From the IMG/VR virus record IMGVR_UViG_3300005201_000018: a DNA stretch of 20,000 nt; one strand, written 5' to 3'. A program made the translations under genes and the position numbers. Shown here one piece after another: positions 16,283-20,000 of this stretch (positions within the stretch are counted from its first letter, which is position 1; the number at the start of each line of letters is the position of its first letter). The notes beneath the pieces are model-generated. The model was not told where the DNA came from and did not search any database. It worked only from the letters and a program-made list of their open reading frames with translations. This DNA comes from an uncultured virus (IMG/VR IMGVR_UViG_3300005201_000018). Its lineage: Duplodnaviria > Heunggongvirae > Uroviricota > Caudoviricetes.

Positions 16283-17209
16283 TTAAAAACTGACAGCGTC
16301 GTCTTCATCTTCCTCATAGGCTTCTTGCCTGGTGCCAATTGCCTTGCGCCCGGCAGGGGCGGGGAGCGCGTGGACACTCTGCCTGGCGACCATCCGCATT
16401 TCCCGGTACGCCTTCTGCACTTTGTTAGATCGAGTAAGGATCTCCCTAAGCGTTTCTTCGTCAACGTCGCTGTCTTTTGCTTTAACAACCTTGCCGTCTT
16501 CAGTGAGCTTGTAGTTGTGCCCGGTAATTTCAAACTTCGGATAGTAGTCAGTCTTCTTGTACCCATCGTTGTATATGTCCTGGTTGGTTACCTTAAACCG
16601 GAGTTCCGTGCATACCTTGCTCTCGGCTTTGATAAGCTTCTCAAGCTCGACGTAAATCTTGTTGCCTTTCCCGCCGAAAGCGATAAGCCCATCTGTGATT
16701 TCAGGGTGTTTATGCAGGTACAGGAAAACCCAGTGGCGTGGCTGAAGAATATTGCCGTTTGGAAGCGGACGATCAAAATAGCCCTCAACAGGATACTGCA
16801 TCGCGTCGTCAGGGTGCCAAAACTTGACTGTCTTCGGCATATCAGATTCTTTTTCCTTCGCCGCGACTTCGGCGTACAACTTGAACATACCGATAATTGT
16901 CGCGTCAAGCTCCTTCCCAAGCGCAAGCTTCTTTGACGATATGGCGTAGTCAAGCGGCTTGACCCCCTTGATGTAATTAGGATTGTTCTTGTCGATAATG
17001 CCGCTGTTCGCCTTTACCAGCGTAATAAAGCTGCTCTGGCTGCCGGTCTTTGCGCGCTCTGCGTCTTCCATTTCCTTGTTGGACAACACCAACGAAGAAA
17101 GATCGCTGCCTCCTGTGGATTTCGCCACCTGTTTTTTCCCTGCGTCAGGAAACCTTGTTGCCGTCCGCTTTGCAGGGGCAACATCCGTCTTTGTAGCTAC
17201 TCTAGCCAT
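16283..17209 (-). CDS. Putative phage single-stranded DNA-binding protein
   Basis: Acidic C-terminus ending in Phe (EEDEDDAVSF), aromatic-rich core, and location in the replication module. Confidence 0.6.
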   Translation of the reverse strand: MARVATKTDVAPAKRTATRFPDAGKKQVAKSTGGSDLSSLVLSNKEMEDAERAKTGSQSSFITLVKANSGIIDKNNPNYIKGVKPLDYAISSKKLALGKELDATIIGMFKLYAEVAAKEKESDMPKTVKFWHPDDAMQYPVEGYFDRPLPNGNILQPRHWVFLYLHKHPEITDGLIAFGGKGNKIYVELEKLIKAESKVCTELRFKVTNQDIYNDGYKKTDYYPKFEITGHNYKLTEDGKVVKAKDSDVDEETLREILTRSNKVQKAYREMRMVARQSVHALPAPAGRKAIGTRQEAYEEDEDDAVSF

Positions 17210-17239
17210 CTCTTTTCTCCCTTGCGGCTTTGCCGCTGC

Positions 17240-17491
17240 TTATTTTTCCGCGTTAGCGGTTGAGTCTTGTTTCATAAGATCAATTTGATCCGCCATATTC
17301 CGTAGTATTTCCGGTGTAACAAGCCTGCTCATAATCGAAATTAAGTTAGACTCTCTAGGGTGCGAATTTTTAATGGAACACACCTTTTGGAACGCGCACC
17401 CTTCATGCTTCGTTGTCGGGTCAAAATACTTCTCGCACACACTGCTCATTGTTCCGGGTACTCCAGCACCTGAAGAAATGCTAAAAGACAT
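17240..17491 (-). CDS. Hypothetical protein
   Basis: 83 aa with AAGGAGG RBS. Confidence 0.65.
   Translation of the reverse strand: MSFSISSGAGVPGTMSSVCEKYFDPTTKHEGCAFQKVCSIKNSHPRESNLISIMSRLVTPEILRNMADQIDLMKQDSTANAEK
17272..17303. repeat. 32-bp direct repeat, copy 1
   Basis: TCATAAGATCAATTTGATCCGCCATATTCCGT; 31/32 identical to 19083-19114. Confidence 0.9.
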
Positions 17492-17503
17492 GAATACCCC
17501 TCC

Positions 17504-17677
17504 TTACACTTTTTTGTTGCGCATCTTAACGGTATACTCGTCTAACCGTGTAATAATGTCTTCCACTACGTCTTTAGGTCCAACAGTTGCCGTAAGACCC
17601 AGCCGAAATGTCTCATAGTTCCCAAGATTGAACACTCTTTCAAAGTACACCTCGGTTATTTTATCCTTTATTTCCAT
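17504..17677 (-). CDS. 57-aa phage protein with NLGNYE motif (MEIKDKITEVYFERVFNLGNYETFRLGLTA...)
   Basis: Translated by hand. The NLGNYE motif recurs in small phage proteins. GGAGG RBS and TGATG coupling. Confidence 0.8.
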   Translation of the reverse strand: MEIKDKITEVYFERVFNLGNYETFRLGLTATVGPKDVVEDIITRLDEYTVKMRNKKV

Positions 17678-18015
17678 CACACCCTCCCTTGCAGATAAAT
17701 ACTCTGCTTTCTGTTGTCATTGATGACCTGCCTTGGACTCTGCGTCATAGCGTCTACAAGCCTGTCATTACGCAGGTCCTCATAGAACTCATGCGCTTCT
17801 GCAATCTCATCTGCTGCAATGTCAGAACAAAGCTGTCGGTAATCGTTACGGTCTTGTACATAATCAATCGTACCGCACACAAACGAGGCTATTAGAGTAA
17901 ACGGAAGACCACATAAAAAGATAAATACTCCGGCAACAAGGCCAAGAATTGCTATCTTAGACGCAACGCCAACAATAAGCCCGATAATAAACGAAACAAT
18001 AGTCAGTCCCAACAT
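17677..18015 (-). CDS. Membrane protein (2 N-terminal TM segments)
   Basis: 112 aa; hydrophobic N-terminal half and acidic C-terminal half. Confidence 0.7.
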   Translation of the reverse strand: MLGLTIVSFIIGLIVGVASKIAILGLVAGVFIFLCGLPFTLIASFVCGTIDYVQDRNDYRQLCSDIAADEIAEAHEFYEDLRNDRLVDAMTQSPRQVINDNRKQSIYLQGRV

Positions 18016-18980
18016 TAAAACGCTACCTCCTCTTTCAAAGCTTTAATCTTGATACCGTATGAACGGAGCTTCTCGAACAGTTCCGTCAAAGCATCCCCAA
18101 CATCGCACGGATAAGTGATTTTGATTTTCATCTCCCGTGTACGACCGGGGAAGTCAGTGCTGAAATCAATTCCACCGGCTAAACCGATAACGACTTTATT
18201 GGTTTCGTCACTCGTACCTTCACTACCATCTTCGCCAGAAACAGAAGAAACACCCGCCGTTTCAGTTGTAGTCTCTGACGCAGACTGGTTGTCAAGGTCA
18301 TGCAACCGTTGCTTCTCGGCGTTGATTTCTTCAATAATTGTCGCAACATCGCTTGACTCCAGGTCACGTATGTATCGCTCTACATTTAGGCGCGGTTCAC
18401 CATTACAAGCATTGTTAATCAGCCGGATATTGGCGGCATGGGCGTCCTGGGCTTTTTTCAAATCCTTGAACTGCTGCTCAAGATCGTCCTTCCGGGTCTT
18501 CTCGTCCATACCTTTGTTGTAGTAATTTTTCCGGTACTCAAGATGCGCCAAGTGCTGTGCGTCAAGCTGGTACGTTTTTTGGAACTTTTCTTTATAGTGG
18601 TCAAGGACTTCATTTATGCTTTCACAGCGTTCTTGCTCTATCTTGTCGAGCACTGCATCTGCCTTGGTCTCAACCTCGGCGATAAGCCCGAATAGTGATT
18701 TTACCCGTGCTTCAAAGATCTTTTTTGGATCATTGAAGAGCGCCTTTTTCGTCGCCTCTACGGTACGGTCAAGTCCATTGCGGACAGCGACAGCTGCGCT
18801 CTTGATAGATTGCACTTCAGCCAAATTATCTTTGGTTAGGGTCATCTTTGAGACTTTTGCTCTCCACTTTTCCAGTGTCTTTTCAATCGTCTCGTAGTTC
18901 CCGGTTATAGCCGGTGCCTTGTCGGGTGTAATTACCAGCGCCGGTACATCATACACTTCTGCGTCTTTTGTCTTAGCCAT
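18015..18980 (-). CDS. DUF1351-like phage coiled-coil protein (recombination-module associated)
   Basis: PAITGNYETI...KKALFNDPKKIFEARVK helical pattern resembles DUF1351. Confidence 0.7.
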   Translation of the reverse strand: MAKTKDAEVYDVPALVITPDKAPAITGNYETIEKTLEKWRAKVSKMTLTKDNLAEVQSIKSAAVAVRNGLDRTVEATKKALFNDPKKIFEARVKSLFGLIAEVETKADAVLDKIEQERCESINEVLDHYKEKFQKTYQLDAQHLAHLEYRKNYYNKGMDEKTRKDDLEQQFKDLKKAQDAHAANIRLINNACNGEPRLNVERYIRDLESSDVATIIEEINAEKQRLHDLDNQSASETTTETAGVSSVSGEDGSEGTSDETNKVVIGLAGGIDFSTDFPGRTREMKIKITYPCDVGDALTELFEKLRSYGIKIKALKEEVAF

Positions 18981-19260
18981 TGTTTACTCCTTGTTTCTCT
19001 CTTTCCGCAAGCATTGCATCTGCTATAAAATATGCTTCTTCTGCATGCTGTTGTGCTCCCACCTTACTGGTAATATAGTCAGTCATGAGATCAATTTGAT
19101 CCGCCATATTCCGTCCTGATACAGAACCTGCCAATACTTGCCCAGCAAAATAATCACGTAAGCTAATACCTTCCGACTTTGTTCCCAAGCCAGCGAACAT
19201 TCCAGTCTTAGCATCGTGTATTATGTCGTAGGACGGGAACACCGGTCCACCGTTTTTCAT
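18973..19260 (-). CDS. Conserved phage hypothetical protein (GGPVFP...SLRDYFAGQ...AYFIADAMLAER family)
   Basis: Recognisable motif set of a widespread small phage family. Confidence 0.85.
   Translation of the reverse strand: MKNGGPVFPSYDIIHDAKTGMFAGLGTKSEGISLRDYFAGQVLAGSVSGRNMADQIDLMTDYITSKVGAQQHAEEAYFIADAMLAEREKQGVNNG
19083..19114. repeat. 32-bp direct repeat, copy 2
   Basis: TCATGAGATCAATTTGATCCGCCATATTCCGT; 31/32 identical to 17272-17303. Confidence 0.9.
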
Positions 19261-19613
19261 TTGCTTATAACTCCTTTCAAAATGTCTAACATGTCATGAA
19301 TCTCTTTGCTAACCTCGCCTACGGCTTCAAGCCCTACTGGAACAACATAACCGGCAATTTCTGGTTTTAAGACTACGTTTGTGAGATAACTAGCCTTAAT
19401 CGCAGTTACAATGCTTGCTATAAAGCACAAAGTAAAAACATAAGCCACTATATGCACCCATTGCACAGGTTCATACTCTAGAGACGCAATCCAGAAAAAT
19501 AGTGCGGCAACCACAAAAATGAGAGACAATACAATACCAGTGCAAAACCAAAAATGGTATAACTGATAGCGTGCAAACAAACCCACAATTACTTCCACTG
19601 AAACATTTTCCAT
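19257..19613 (-). CDS. Membrane protein (2 TM segments), first gene of the operon
   Basis: 118 aa with AAGGAGG RBS. Confidence 0.75.
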   Translation of the reverse strand: MENVSVEVIVGLFARYQLYHFWFCTGIVLSLIFVVAALFFWIASLEYEPVQWVHIVAYVFTLCFIASIVTAIKASYLTNVVLKPEIAGYVVPVGLEAVGEVSKEIHDMLDILKGVISK

Positions 19614-19773
19614 ACTTCCTCCTTGTTGAAGTAAAATAGGGATAAGGGAGCGCCGGTACGCGCCGAGCGCTTTCCCCCTTAGCGTAGTTCCCTATGCCGC
19701 ATTACCTTAATCAGGCGCAAGCGCACTACGTTGCTGCACCCGCTAAACCCTTTAGTGCCGAAGCGACCTGGCA

Positions 19774-19816
19774 AGGGCGTAAAGGGAATTGAACCCTTCT
19801 TAGACCTTTTACGCCC
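19774..19816 (-). ncRNA. Minimal tRNA-like element (acceptor stem + T-arm only)
   Basis: Minus strand reads GGGCGTA-AAAGGTCTAAG-AAGGG-TTCAATT-CCCTT-TACGCCC-T. Confidence 0.55.
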
Positions 19817-19941
19817 GTTTTGACGACGAATTGTCTCAAAAACGTGTCTCAAAAACAGCTAATTCTTTGTAGGATAAGGAGTTAGGTTAGTACGTAGGTT
19901 CCCCGCCGAAGAGACCAGCGAGAAAAAGAAAGACTTTGAAG

Positions 19942-19980
19942 AAAAAAGCCCGAGAAAAGGTGCCAGGCACCTTTTCCGGG
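19942..19980 (-). terminator. Intrinsic terminator of an upstream minus-strand unit
   Basis: GAAAAGGTGCC-A-GGCACCTTTTC inverted repeat (19954-19976), extended by CCC/GGG, followed by a T6 tract on the minus strand. Confidence 0.7.
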
Positions 19981-20000
19981 GAGCCTATCAGAAATTTTGT

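Larger units (their letters stand above)
1..20000 (-). mobile_element. Bacteriophage/prophage DNA replication and early-gene arm
   Basis: Co-oriented dense ORFs including PolA, AEP primase, two helicases, ThyX, MTases, Lar, HNH and DUF1351; no host housekeeping genes. Confidence 0.92.

Noticed and set aside
17272..19114. DGR template/variable repeat pair or CRISPR repeats
   Set aside because: There are only two 32-bp copies 1.8 kb apart, with a single mismatch and no reverse transcriptase or cas gene in the window.
19683..19730. Hammerhead-ribozyme-like arrangement on the minus strand (CTGATTA...GGAAC)
   Set aside because: The core deviates from CUGANGA/GAAA, there is no convincing stem II, and the cleavage-site base would be G.
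19774..19816. Full tRNA gene
   Set aside because: Only 11 nt separate the acceptor stem and T-arm, so there is no anticodon arm. Reported as a tRNA-like element instead.

Overview
This window is the DNA replication, recombination and nucleotide-metabolism arm of a tailed phage or prophage. About 37 tightly packed, often ATGA-coupled genes run on the minus strand from a structured leader (~19620-19990) to a bidirectional terminator (~76-119), where they meet the 3' end of a plus-strand gene. Recognisable products are a DUF1351 protein, an SSB-like protein, an AEP primase, a UvrD-like SF1 helicase, an N6-adenine MTase, a C5-cytosine MTase-like gene, a family A DNA polymerase, a HAD hydrolase, ThyX, a DUF1599/Nmad1 protein, a Spo11/Top6A-like Toprim protein, a VRR-NUC-like nuclease, an HNH-like protein, an SNF2-type helicase and Lar. 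No integrase or virion genes are visible. The most unusual observations are: (1) the SNF2 helicase is split into two intact genes in permuted order, with the C-terminal part transcribed first and the Walker A part ~670 bp downstream; (2) the cytosine MTase-like gene is frameshifted at a G10 tract, consistent with a phase-variable OFF state; (3) a counter-oriented, leaderless 59-aa gene lies behind a sigma28-like promoter; (4) the leader contains a tRNA-like element with only an acceptor stem and T-arm; (5) a 32-bp palindrome-containing direct repeat is shared by two unrelated genes; (6) the polymerase has a ~70-aa thumb insertion at the position of the T7 thioredoxin-binding domain. All family assignments come from motif recognition by eye, without database searches.
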